Positions 13,531 to 27,467 of a DNA stretch of 64,000 nt are shown piece by piece (positions within the stretch are counted from its first letter, which is position 1; each line of letters begins with the position of its first letter). The stretch covers positions 9,424,001-9,488,000 of the forward strand of contig OX597831.1 of NCBI GenBank assembly GCA_951406725.2. The letters are read 5' to 3'. Under the pieces are notes generated by a model. It did no database searches and was not told the origin of the DNA. It was given only the letters and a program-made list of their open reading frames with translations. Position numbers and translations under genes: made by a program. The DNA is from Octopus vulgaris (Eukaryota).

Positions 13531-14523
13531 ATAAAAATATAGTATACTTAAATACCAACAACTTGTAAAACACGGCAAAGTTTATGTCCTCAATATCAAT
13601 ATGGCATCAATAAGCAAGTTGTATAAGACCAAAGAAGCCTGCAGCCCTAGAATTCGATTTAAAAAGCAATCGAACCAGACCGGACTGAAAAGATGTCTCA
13701 GAAAAGATAGTGCGTTTTTTTATGGCAGCACAAAGAACATACCCCAGAGCTTATTGCATTATAAGAATCTTGTTTCAACTATTTACTCGATGAACCGTCG
13801 CATTGTACTCTAAATCCTGTCTGGTTTAGCTGCAAAAACAGGACTGTTTTCAGATAAAGCAGCAAATATGGATTTAAAGGATGTGATGTGCAGTATAACA
13901 GGGGAAGGAGGAAAACCAAATCAATCCACGAAGATCATCTATAAATAAAATTAAAAAGAAAACAAAACAAAAACAGAATAGATTAGCATTCAAAACCTAA
14001 CGAATTGTCTATTAGTGTGCATTGCCCTAACTCTACAATAAACTCGGGGAAATTGCTTATTCGTGAACTATCCACAATAGTTATGATCAAAAGTATATAA
14101 ACAAGCTGCACTATTATCAGCATTTCGTACCTTGAGGGAACTTTGCATTCTATTTGTCAACCCACCTATAAAATAGAGTTAATGTGTTTTGCGAAAGAAT
14201 AGAGAGAAGCGTTTTATAATATCTTGGCACATAAAACATGAAAGAACTTATCCGACGCAGCGTGTGTGTATGTGCGTGTTAAGATATCTGTGTGTGTCTA
14301 TATTCATGGGTGCATGTGTGTATGTGTGTGTATAATGCATTTGTATATTATACTTGTATATATTTACACACGCACACACACATACAAGCGTACATACATA
14401 CAAACAACCACACGCACGCACACACACACATACACACACATAACTATAATAATACAGAATTGTAAAATTCGGCAACACTTTTCTAAAAAGAACACATTCA
14501 CACTAACACACACTCTCACTCAG

Positions 14524-14575
<52 letters not shown>

Positions 14576-14743
14576 ACACACACACATACACACACACATA
14601 TGTATGCACGTGTATATATATATATATGTATATAATTATGTATGCATGTATATATATATATATGTATATATGTAGGTGTAGATGTATGTGTACTTACCAA
14701 CATGCATACATAATATATGCATATACATACATACATACATACA

Positions 14744-14779
<36 letters not shown>

Positions 14780-14801
14780 TATGTAAATATATATACATAC
14801 A

Positions 14802-14851
<50 letters not shown>

Positions 14852-15162
14852 GTATATATACAAAAGGTTCACTGCCTTCAGTCATTGGAATGCAGCCATG
14901 AGAGGCACCGCCTTAAAGGGTTTTAGGAGAAAAGGAAATACCAAATCACATATCATGTGTTTATGTGCTGCGTATGATATCGATCCTCGAATAATGAAAG
15001 GCTACATTGAAAGGAAGACACGTACCGTAGAAATAGCGATTTTCAAACTCAATCAAATACATTTGCTGTTTTCTTCATAGAACTCAACCGTTTTTCCTCT
15101 TTTTTCATTGCTTTCAATATTTCTGCGACAGACACGTATCTCTGTCTCTTTCTTCATTCTCT

Positions 15163-15229
<67 letters not shown>

Positions 15230-15241
15230 GTCCTTCTTTTT

Positions 15242-15290
<49 letters not shown>

Positions 15291-15613
15291 GTCAATTAGA
15301 CTATTCGCTTTCATCCTCCATCGTACCACAAGACTTTCTCCATCCTCTTTCTTATGAATATCGTTGTGTTTTAAACTAATCAACCGATCATTAACATCTT
15401 TTTTTTCCCAATATTCTTTTTTTAATAATCCTTTGTCTCTTTTGGCCACGGCCATGCTGGCGCACCGTCTTGAAGAATGTTTAGTCGAATGAATATCAAC
15501 TCCGGTACATGTTTTTCAAAACCTCATATATCAAACCCAAGCAAATATCTGCGTCAACATCTCTCACCACTCTCTATTCCTCTTTCTTTCGCTCTCTCTC
15601 TCTCTCTGTATAT

Positions 15614-15706
<93 letters not shown>

Positions 15707-15822
15707 TTCATACATATACATAATCCTTTATTGTTTTACTTGTTTCAGTCATTTAACTGCAGCCATGCTGGAGCAGCGGCTTTAGTGGACCAAATCGACC
15801 ACAGAACTTATTCTTTGTAATC

Positions 15823-15877
<55 letters not shown>

Positions 15878-15879
<2 letters not shown>

Positions 15880-16408
15880 GGTGGCTGCCTCCTCGTTATC
15901 GAGTATGGCCATTGCGCGAAGCTTAATCAATGTTGTTATCGTGCAATGCCTGTGCAAGAAGATTTTTTTTAAAGTGGGGAAAGGCTGTGCACTGAGTCAA
16001 TCTCACTCACTAAGCAACAGCAGCCATAATCAGAAAAGAAGAACAAGTCAACAACATCGGTAACCACTGAGCCGCAAGTTTTATGTCTGAGTTATCCCAA
16101 TTACCTGAGTTACCTTCTCCTAGAAAGATGTCCTAACAAAGGGTTTAACCGCGCGATCGGGTATTCAGTCCGATTATTTCTATGTTCCCGAGCATGGTAC
16201 AGCCTTAAGACATTTATTCGATGGCCGTTGACTCTCAAGAGTTCCTCCGCCCTTTGACGGGTTCTGTTTTTCTTCCCGCAGGGGGTACAATAAACACACT
16301 CCTCACTAGGCAAGCTTGGTGGGGCTGCCGGTTTAGTCGCCGACGACCCGACCATGCAACAGGTTGTACTGGGTTACATGTTACCAGTAGCACTCGAAAG
16401 TGACCTGG

Positions 16409-16414
<6 letters not shown>
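15878..16414 (-). mobile_element. Internally deleted RTE-like non-autonomous element (5' UTR joined to 3' tail) between (TA)n tracts
   Basis: The minus strand has CTAGGAGAAGGTAACTC, similar to the RTE 5'-UTR motif, and ends in ATGGCCATACTCGATAACGAGGAGGCAGCCA, an RTE-like hairpin tail; no ORF. Family call is from memory. Confidence 0.45.
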
Positions 16415-16450
<36 letters not shown>

Positions 16451-16474
16451 CCAGGTCACTTTCGAGTGCTACTG
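16385..16474. repeat. Perfect fold-back: 30-bp inverted arms around (TA)n
   Basis: CAGTAGCACTCGAAAGTGACCTGGTATAAT-(AT)n-ATTATACCAGGTCACTTTCGAGTGCTACTG. Confidence 0.93.
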
Positions 16475-16478
16475 AACA

Positions 16479-16545
16479 TGAGTTCGTCTTTTGTTTTTCT
16501 GTAAATTCCAGCTATATATGTATGTATGTATGTATATATATACGT

Positions 16546-16578
<33 letters not shown>

Positions 16579-16745
16579 TATATACGTATATATATACATA
16601 CATACATACATATATAGCTGGAATTTACAGAAAAACAAAAGACGAACTCAGGTCTATAAACAACTAGCAGGCGTATTAGTTCAACGCTCGGAAACGTGAG
16701 AAAGTATTTTACTATTCCAGCCTACGCTCTTCAACTGAAACAATT
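16479..16745 (-). mobile_element. Penelope-like pLTR remnant with dead hammerhead (16707-16740) and an inverted duplicate of its 3' end (16479-16530)
   Basis: Minus strand reads TTT-CAGTTGA-A-GAGC-GTAG-GCTG-GAAT-AG-TA-AAA; TGAGTTCGTCTTTTGTTTTTCTGTAAATTCCAGCTATATATG is mirrored at ~16609-16650. Confidence 0.7.
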
Positions 16746-17394
16746 CTAACAGGGATTTCGAAACTTCCGCCAGCTAATCCTTCGTCGTAGTCTCCGATGG
16801 TGGCTTAATTCGCCATAACTCTGAAGTCACTGTTAATACTATGCTTGTTAAAGAATACTAACTTTGTGTTCTACGATACTGATTGAGAAATCTTTCACTT
16901 TAAAGTAAAATGCTTTCTATAATAGCATAGTAAATATATATATATATACATATAAACTGTCATATACATACACACATACATACATGTATACATACATACA
17001 CATATATATGTGTGTGTGTGTGTATGTGTGTACCTCTAAAATCAATGGTGAATTGAGGTTGAAGCAATCAGTTACTAAATGATTTGGAATCAGACAAGTG
17101 TCTCCTGCAGGTATTTTCAATTGTTACACACATGACAGAAAACAGCTTATTTTAGGTAAACGATCATGCGAAAGAAACAAAAAAAACAAAGGAACAAAAA
17201 CAAAATAGAAAATAAACATAAAAAAACAATCGGGAACACGGTACAGTACGTTTAATACGCTGACTTGAAAAAAGAAATCTCTTCACCCTGATGTGCTAAC
17301 AATCCTTTACATATTATTACACTTGTGTATGGACTTGATTATAGCTACGCATAGATATATATGTGTGTGTGTGTATGTATGCCTCTATATATGT

Positions 17395-17438
<44 letters not shown>

Positions 17439-17690
17439 ATGTATACGTATGTGTGTGTGCGTTTATCTATGCATCTATATTCATAGAGAACATAGAAGAG
17501 ATGGCGGTGAGAGAGAAAGAGAAAAGAGAGAAAGACAAATACAGGTATATGAAATACTATACAATATAAATTCATTTATCAAAATCATCTCTATTCCTAT
17601 ATGATAATGGGAGAAAGTCTCTAGAATGAGAATTCTCCAGCGTTGACATACCTGTTTATAAAAGGACATGCTTATTGCTTGGAGATAAGC

Positions 17691-17748
17691 GGACAGTCAT
17701 AGGCACATGTTTCTACCTCAGAAGACATCATCAGCATGACTACTGTTC
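17691..17748 (-). ncRNA. Decayed hammerhead-like motif (G at the cleavage site)
   Basis: AGTCATG-CTGATGA-TGTCT(TCTG)AGGTA-GAAA-CATG-TG-CCTATGACT: intact core boxes, palindromic ACATGT stem III, bulged stem I. Confidence 0.5.
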
Positions 17749-18800
17749 TAGTGTATTTCCAGTAGCCAAGGAACCGACACACACACAAACAAAAAGAGTA
17801 GAGAAGATTTATGATGTTTCAGAACGTAAATTTATTTCTCCGTCGCAGCAGCAGTGGAAAGAAAGTATGCAGCCGTTACTTAACGCATGACGGCAACGAA
17901 AACCGAACCGACACCACGATTGCCAATAAGGAGTGTTTTAGGAACCGATATTTAGGATGTACATGAATTGTATGATAATGATGATGGTGACGACGACAAC
18001 GAAGATGAAACTGTTCATCTATGATGATAATTGTTGATGGCATCAATGGAGGTGGTTGTGGGACGCGATAATAATAATTATGAGAGGAAAGACGATATGT
18101 ATTGAAAGTAATTGAAGATATTATCTGAAGTGTTGACGATAGAAATAATGAAGATTACAACGATGATGGTGATGAGTATAGTAACACTGATCAGAGTGAT
18201 TATTACGAGGATGCTACAAAAGATGATGTTGATGTTGATGTTGTCATAGCCACATTCTTCCCTCTCACAGTCACTTTCCATATTACAGTTATTTATAATC
18301 GTTTTCGTGTCGATAGTTCTTACCTTTTTATAGCAATAATTAAATAGTTTAGGATGACAACAGCACTGTTTATACAAGGCAGATGATTTATTTTTTATGG
18401 ATTTCAGTATAACATAACATCCTAATGAGATTTACAGCGTGAAAATAATATGCTACATGGCTGCCAATAACTTGACTTAGATAAAGGTGTTACTTATCGT
18501 TTTCTTTCTCTCCCTCTCGCTCTCCCTCGCTCTCTCGCTCTCAGCCACTCACTCCTTCTTTACACTTGTGTACTGTGCGTAAGTGTATGTGTGCGTATGA
18601 GTTTGCGTGTCTGTATGTGTGTCTGCACATGCACGTGTAGATAACTCTATATGTATATATATGAATACGCACCATTATATATGTATAAACATATATTTAT
18701 ACGTATAAATACATACATATACATACATACACACACACACAGAGATATATATATATGTATGCATACATATATGTATATATAGATATATATATACAGATAC

Positions 18801-18845
<45 letters not shown>

Positions 18846-18973
18846 CATACATATATATATATATACATATACATATATTCTTATACATGTACATACATAT
18901 ATATATATATATAAATATACATATATACATATACATATACATACATATATATATACATATATACATATACATG

Positions 18974-19042
<69 letters not shown>

Positions 19043-19477
19043 ATTTATGAATATAAATATGTTATATAGGCATGTGCATTTTCTCAATAGGCAAAAGAAA
19101 TCGCCATGCATAAACATAGGCCATGAACAGATATTTGAAGTACATTTTCTAACAGCTTCGTCGATTCGTGTTTCATAGTCATTGCAGTTGCGCAAATACA
19201 GGCGTTTTGTTGCGTGTCTGTTTATGTAAACAGGTGTACACGTTAACATGCGTACATTTACATACATGTGTCTGTGTGTGCGTTTATGTGTGTGTATGCG
19301 TGAGATAGATAGATAGATAGACAGGGAGAGAGGGAGAGAGAGAAAGCGTGTTAGGGGTTGCATGTTTGTACCGCCTTGTTTTGTCATTGCGTCATAGATA
19401 TACATATAATGATACTGCTTTTACAGACGTGGTATTCATTCATACTAGTTCTTTCTTCTGCACGATGTATAGAAAAT

Positions 19478-19522
<45 letters not shown>

Positions 19523-19567
19523 TTATATACATAGATATTTATATATATACATATATATATATGTATA

Positions 19568-19646
<79 letters not shown>

Positions 19647-19669
19647 TATGTGTGTGTGTTTGTGTGTGT

Positions 19670-19711
<42 letters not shown>

Positions 19712-19714
19712 CCG

Positions 19715-19913
19715 CATGTGTACCGTTGTTGATTTTTTTCCTCCGTCTTCCCTTCCTTGGATCTTTTATTCTTCTATGTTTCTGACGAAGAGCTCCGCTC
19801 GAAACGTTAAACCCTCCTTCTTTCTTTCCTTTCCTGAGTGTCCAATAACACTATACTTGTTTCACGTCCACGCGTTGTTGTGTTTTCTGTTTGTGTTTTC
19901 ATGCTTGGATTAC
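19715..19913 (+). mobile_element. Penelope-like pLTR fragment between (TG)n and (CT)n
   Basis: Pyrimidine-rich ~200-bp unit containing the HHR at 19778-19812 and a TTCCTGAG-G-C-AA-TAA-AC 3' segment similar to the 24395 element. Confidence 0.7.
19778..19812 (+). ncRNA. Minimal type I hammerhead ribozyme
   Basis: GTTT-CTGACGA-A-GAGC(TCC)GCTC-GAAA-CG-TT^AAAC; canonical core, ACGT palindromic stem III, GUU triplet. Confidence 0.8.
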
Positions 19914-19925
19914 CTCTCTCTCTCG

Positions 19926-20026
<101 letters not shown>

Positions 20027-20436
20027 AAGTATGGGGGTTTAGTTTACAGGTGACCTAAGCGCTTAGGTACGCTAGGTAAGCGGTGTAACCGATTACCAGG
20101 GCTCCAAGGTTATAGCCGAGACGGTAGTTATGGAGCCACTGCAGATTTCCGATATACCGGATATATAATTGTTAAAGAGGACAACAAACATTAAGGCAAA
20201 ACATACATCTCAAGTCATATACATTATTATTATTTGAAGAAATTCAGAGTCTTACAGCCGTTTCTGGGATATCCCAGAATATGGGATATTTCGTCATCGG
20301 GGACAAATAAATGAGAAGGGTATGGATTAGTGAAATGATGACAGGAGTAAAGTAATAAGGAGATGAAAGGAGAGAAGGAAAATAAATATATAATAAGATA
20401 ATGCGAGAGAGAGAGTGAGAGAAAGAAGAGAGACAA

Positions 20437-20616
20437 CGGCCATGCTGGAGCACGGCCTTGAAGTACTTTTAGTCGAATGTATCGACCCCAGAACTTACTT
20501 TGTAAAATATGGTGTTTATTCTATTACAAAACCGCTAATTTTGCGCCACGTGAACACATCAGCACCGATTGTTATTCGGCGGTGGTGGGGACACGAAAAA
20601 CATGAAAACACTCACA

Positions 20617-20649
<33 letters not shown>

Positions 20650-20835
20650 GTATACACACACACATACACACACAGAGGCTTCTTTCATATTTCGTCTTCC
20701 AAATCAAGTTACAAGTATTTCGTCTACACCACTCTTTAGCAGAAGATACTTGTTTAAGGTGCTACGGGGCGGGACTGAACCCTGAACTATGTGGCTGGCA
20801 AGCAAGACTCTTACCACACAGCCATCCCTGCGCCT
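20437..20835 (-). mobile_element. SINE family B, diverged copy
   Basis: CGGCCATGCTGGAGCAC tail, (CA)n core, GGGACTGAACCC..CTTACCACACAGCCA..CTGCGCCT head. Confidence 0.8.
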
Positions 20836-20925
20836 ATACATTGTTTCTTCAGACAATCTCTATCAAAATCTATATCTATATACAACATGTAATATGTTCC
20901 GTTTATTTATCTACATGTCTATTTA

Positions 20926-21045
<120 letters not shown>

Positions 21046-21212
21046 TATACATTTGATACTCTTTTTAGTTTTTTTTATAGTGTAGGTACACATATGAATG
21101 TAAATATGTATATAGGCATGTGCATTATCTCAATAGGTAAAAGAAATATATATACGTATATACATAGGTACATACATATATACATACATACACACACACG
21201 GGGACACACATA

Positions 21213-21252
<40 letters not shown>

Positions 21253-21941
21253 TATGACCATAGTCCAATGACTGTAACTAGTGAAACACGGAAAAAAGTA
21301 TATATGCTGAGACTTATAACATGTACATATAAAACACAGCTAATCGAGCACGAATATATATATATATGCAATCGAAGCCATAGGAGCAAGTCAAAGATAA
21401 CTAGACCGTAACGAAATAAAACGAACTTCTTTGGAAAAAACTGTATGTATAAGCATCGAACCGGAAAAGAAAACAGATAAATAACTCGACCAAAAATAAT
21501 AATAATAATAATTATAAATAAATAAATAAACACGAGAAGAGAACCATATGTCAATCAACGGATAAAACGTTGAAATACGAAACGTGCTCAACGAACCGAG
21601 ACGAAACAAAATCTTTTTCCATCGAAAACAATATATAATCGTTTTCAGAAAAATAAAAATAAAAACTAAAATTTTAAAATGAGCAACAGGAGATATAAAG
21701 CAGAAGCATTCACTAAAAACAACAAATAAAACATCTTTTGATAAATAAGTTTATAAAGAAATTCTACAGAAGTAGAAAAATAGATATATGTAACCAAGAG
21801 GAAGGTGGGAAACATTAAAGAGAACATTCGTGTATTTGTGAGAAAAATAAATATAAGATAGGTAGAAAGACCGTCGTGCGTAACAGTTTGTATCGTGATA
21901 CATAACTGCATAAAATAACACACGGCAGCCATATTTGCAAA

Positions 21942-22074
<133 letters not shown>

Positions 22075-22218
22075 TACATACATACACACATATATATATA
22101 TATATATTTACATACACACATACCGATATTTATACATATGTATCTATATCTGTCTCATTATATATCTATCTATGTCTTTATATATATACAAAGACACGTA
22201 TAAATATTGTATATAGAT

Positions 22219-22293
<75 letters not shown>

Positions 22294-23254
22294 ACACACG
22301 CACATGTATATATATTGTATATATATGTATATATAGATCTATATAAATATATATAAACACACATATATTATGTACATGTATATTATATATACATATGTAT
22401 ATGTGCGTCTGTGCTTTTCGTGTGAGTGTGAGTGTGAGTGTGTGTTTGTGTGTCTATGTGTGTGGTTGTATGCACAGACACGGACATATATTACGTGAAT
22501 GCTTTGAAAATATTGACAAGTTTAAAAGTTTTTTTTAAAAAAATCTTTCTGATATATTCTTCTGAAAAGAACAAAAGCAAAAATGGATGCCTGATATTTT
22601 TCTTTCTTTTCACTTGAATTGTTTGAGAAAACGAACACCGTCTATACAGAAAAAATAATTGTTACGAAAATAAAAAGAAACCCAACAATATTAAGCAGAC
22701 GGCAGTCGACAACAACGAATAAAAGTACAATTTCTATAACGGTAAAATATGACGGCGACTGCAATGCGAATAACAGCGGAGACGTAACAACAGTTCATCT
22801 CTTGACGACGACATCACCATCTTAACAACTCGGTCATACTGATACCACCCACAACATCAAGAACGACGGCAGTGGTGGGGTTAAATTAAAAGGAAACATC
22901 AATCAACAGAGGCAAAACAAAACCCCAAAAAATTCAAAAGAATGATGTAAATGAAAGAGCTAATCTTTATAAAATATGGAACCTGAAATTTTGGATGAAT
23001 GACTTCCAAGGTGAAATAAATGTAGATTGTCTTGAATAAAATGTTCCAGTTCATTATGTTGAGACTTCGGTTTTGGCGTCGTCTTATCAATATGGCGCAG
23101 ACGCTGCAAAAGTATATTCTTATAAACATTCACATATGAATTCATGCAGATTGGACTGTATATACATTCATGTTAACAAACATGCTGGGAAACATCCATA
23201 CATACATACTTACTTACATATATGTGTACTTGTGTGTATGTGTATACATATGCG

Positions 23255-23338
<84 letters not shown>

Positions 23339-23506
23339 AAATATATATGTACATATATATACACATATTTATATACGTATATGTTTCTCTTTATAGGTAT
23401 ACTTACATATATATATATATATACATATATATATACACACATATATGTAAGTACATACATATACATATATACATACACATATGTATGTATACATAGATAT
23501 ATTATG

Positions 23507-23537
<31 letters not shown>

Positions 23538-23600
23538 CTTACTCTCTCTCTCTCTCTCTCTCTTTATATATATATATATGGATGTATGTATATAGTTATA

Positions 23601-23645
<45 letters not shown>

Positions 23646-24394
23646 GGATTAATCTTCTCTCTTCGCTCTTTTACGCCATTTGGGCTCAACTCTCGCCTAT
23701 TTTCATCTATTCTCCCCCCAAACTCCTACTTCTCTTCAGTGCTTCATATTTTCACCCCTACTCTGTTTCCCTCTTCTTCCCTTCTTTCCCTTCTTCCCCC
23801 TTCTTCCCTCTTCTCCCTCTTCTTCTCTCTTCTTCCCTCTTCCCCTTCTCTCTTTCTCTCTGCTCCTTCACTCCCCTTCTCTCCCCCTCCCTCCCCCTCG
23901 TAACCCTCCTCTCCCTCCCCCTCCTCTCCGCCCATCCCCTTCTCCTCCTCTCCCGCATCCCCCCTCCCCCAAACCACCTTACCCCAACCCCCAGCGGAAC
24001 CCACACCCCACCTGGGCTTTCGCCACTCTCGCCTCCCCCACCTCCCCACAACATTACTCCACACTACACTAGGCCATACAACATTACACATCACATCACA
24101 ACAAACCACCCACAGCACACCGCCCACACACCCATCCTCACATCTTTACACCCACACATACATACACATCACATCACAACACACCACCCACACACCCAGT
24201 CCCACACCTCCACACCCACACATGCATACACAGACACGTCCACACCACCAGCCCTCTTTCACACGCACATACATTCTCTCTTATACACACACGCACCTTT
24301 GTGTTGGGGGCACCTTCATTTTGGAAGTCACTTGACCCTGTTATCTCGCCTGACCACTGTCCGAAGTCAGGACGCCATGATAGACCGTTAGCTC

Positions 24395-24582
24395 CTACAC
24401 GCATTTTTTTCTCTCCTTGGTTCTCTCCTTGTTTCTTTCTGCGTATCTTTCTGACGAAGAGCGTAGGCTCGAAACGTAAAAGACTCGTTCTATTTCTATT
24501 CCTGAGCGCCATACTAATACATTTGCTTGTTTGTACTCCACCTGCCATCGACTTTTGTTTATTTTCGTAAACCTTCCCGTTA
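24395..24582 (+). mobile_element. Penelope-like pLTR fragment ending in (TA)n
   Basis: Contains the HHR at 24446-24483; collinear with the reverse complement of 26181-26395. Confidence 0.75.
24446..24483 (+). ncRNA. Minimal type I hammerhead ribozyme, canonical core
   Basis: TCTTT-CTGACGA-A-GAGC(GTAG)GCTC-GAAA-CG-TA^AAAGA; 5-bp stem I, 4-bp stem II, ACGT stem III, GUA triplet (cut after 24478). Confidence 0.85.
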
Positions 24583-24594
24583 TATATATATATA

Positions 24595-24827
24595 TATTTC
24601 TTTACTACCCACAAGGGGCTAAACATAGAGGGGACAAACAAGGACAGACAAAGGGATTAAGTCGATTACATCGACCCCAGTGCGTGACTGGTACTTTATT
24701 TATCGACCCCGAAAGGATGAAAGGCAAAGTCGACCTCGGCGGAATTTGAACTCAGAACGTAACGACAGACGAAATACCGCTTAGCATTTCACCCGGCGTG
24801 CTAACGTTTCTGCCAGCTCGCCGCCTT
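24595..24827 (-). mobile_element. SINE family A monomer inserted in (TA)n
   Basis: Reverse complement of the 3052 head plus one body. Confidence 0.92.
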
Positions 24828-25078
24828 TTATATATATATATATACATATACACATATGTCTATCTCTCTCTATATATATATACATGTGTGTAGCTGTCTA
24901 CAAGGACACATGAATATATGTGTGTGGCGTTCATTGTATGTACGCATCTTTGCTTATGATCTTGTTTAGAAATTTTCACATATACACGCAAACACACACT
25001 CACACACAAACGCATACACGCATATATATATATATGCATACAAATATATTTATGTATATATATATATATATATATATC

Positions 25079-25200
<122 letters not shown>

Positions 25201-25931
25201 ATGCATATACATGTGTATATATATACATATATGTATATATGTGTGTGTGTGTAAATTTATTCATACGCATAGATATGCATGAGTATATATCGTTGGTGAA
25301 ATGTGAGCCAAATTTTGATCCAAGGAGAGAGTGTAGGGAGAAGAAAGAGAGAGAGGTAGAGGGAGAGAGATAGAGGGGGAGTGAGCGTAGGAGGGAGGGA
25401 TAACGTAGGACTCTCATCCAATTCGTTGGTAAGTGTTCACCGTTTTAATATGAACCATAAAATATATGTTTGACAGCCGTCTCACAAATTTATCAAATAT
25501 TATATTTATATATATTTATTCACTTACCCAATATCAACATGTGTGATTTGGCACAATCTCTGAACTGGTGATCTATCATCAATAGTAGCCCATATTTCTC
25601 TTTGACCTCAGGCTTTACACCTTTCTTTTGTCCTTTGCCATATATTTCATTGCCTAAATAAATATTTGTGAAATATGGCGGTTGTGTTTTAATATTTTAA
25701 AGTGTTTCGCAGGAGAGAATTTTGTTGTAATGATTATTTTTCAGGGCCGAGGGTTTGGTGGCGAGAAAAAAGTAAACGAGCTTTTGACTAAAGTTTTAAA
25801 ATACATTGACAGACGCTAAAATGCTTCTCGGGGGAAGAATAATTTGTTGAACCCGGATGGTAGTTTAAGACTGTGGTCTAAATTGTACGTCCTAAGTGAA
25901 TGACCTTGATATCAACCGTTTATAAATGTGG

Positions 25932-26037
<106 letters not shown>

Positions 26038-26108
26038 GTCTATCTGTCTGACTGACTGACTGCCTGCCTGTAAACATATGTGTATGTGTATATATATATA
26101 TATATACA

Positions 26109-26176
<68 letters not shown>

Positions 26177-26180
26177 TATA

Positions 26181-26395
26181 GGGAGAGTTTACGAAAAAAA
26201 CAAAAGACGAAGACAGGTGGTGTACAAAACAAACAGATGTATTAGTATAACGCTCAGGAATAGGAAAAGTCTTTTACGTTTCGAGCCTACGCTCATCTAC
26301 AGAAAGGGACACAGAAAAAAACAAGGAGAGAAACAAGGAGAGATAAAAAGGAGATAAGAAAAGGAGAGCAAAAAGGAGAGACAAAAATGTGTCTA
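26181..26395 (-). mobile_element. Penelope-like pLTR fragment with A6U-variant hammerhead (26271-26306)
   Basis: Minus strand reads CTTT-CTGTAGA-T-GAGC(GTAG)GCTC-GAAA-CG-TA^AAAG; its 3' end abuts (TA)n. Confidence 0.72.
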
Positions 26396-26399
26396 GTGG

Positions 26400-26615
26400 T
26401 TATTCGTGTCTGTGTTTCTGGATGTCTGCGTTTGTCCTCAGACCACTCAACAACTGGTGTTGGTTTGTTAGCGTCCTTGTACAACACCACCGCACAATAA
26501 GTAACAGACTTGCTAAAGTACCATCACTGAACAGATTCGACATTGTTCTAGCAAATGCTTTATGTTTGTGCTCCAGCATGGGCGGCGTTCAATAACTGGA
26601 ACAAATGAAAGAATA
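26400..26615 (+). mobile_element. SINE family B 3' half, old
   Basis: CAACTGGTGTTGGTTTGTT..AATAAGTA..GTGCTCCAGCATGG..ACTGGAACAA. Confidence 0.6.
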
Positions 26616-27186
26616 TTAATATAAATGTTATTGTTTCACGTTTAACAATTGTGTTGGATATTGACGCAACCTCCAATATATTTCGAGTGTAAACCTTACA
26701 GTTTCCTTACCATATTTTTATAAAGCGGTATTACATGCCCCCTAATTCTCTGGAAGTTTATTAAAAATCCCGTTACTAACTATATTGGATGATTCGTTCT
26801 TTAGCTCAAAACTATTTCTGTCTAGAAGCTTGTCATGATCTTTATATTGTGTTGTTAGAATTGGATTGGAATCACAGAACAGAATTTTCTATTTCTTGTT
26901 TCAACATTGTCAGAAAATCCCAATGGAAGAAATGAAAATATATCGCCATCCGCTGATTTAATGGACGGTTATTGATTATTATCATCTGCAGTAAATTGGT
27001 TGTAATTCTCGTGTTTTTCTTTCTTCAGCGATGTCCTTAATATTGGTTTCTGAGGAAACGTGGACTCACAAGTGTTAATGTCAAATAAACTAATCCTTTC
27101 CAAGCCCAGGAACGCTTTAAGAGCAACACAAAAAGGAGGAGGATGGGAGGACCAAAGATGGGGAAGAACACGAGGGAAAATGAAGA

Positions 27187-27467
<281 letters not shown>

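Noticed and set aside
23640-24300. C-rich scrambled stretch within the 389-aa ORF 23222-24391
   Set aside because: Reads like degraded (CT)n then (CA)n with extreme strand skew; likely a decayed microsatellite or low-quality consensus. Raw-read inspection is needed.
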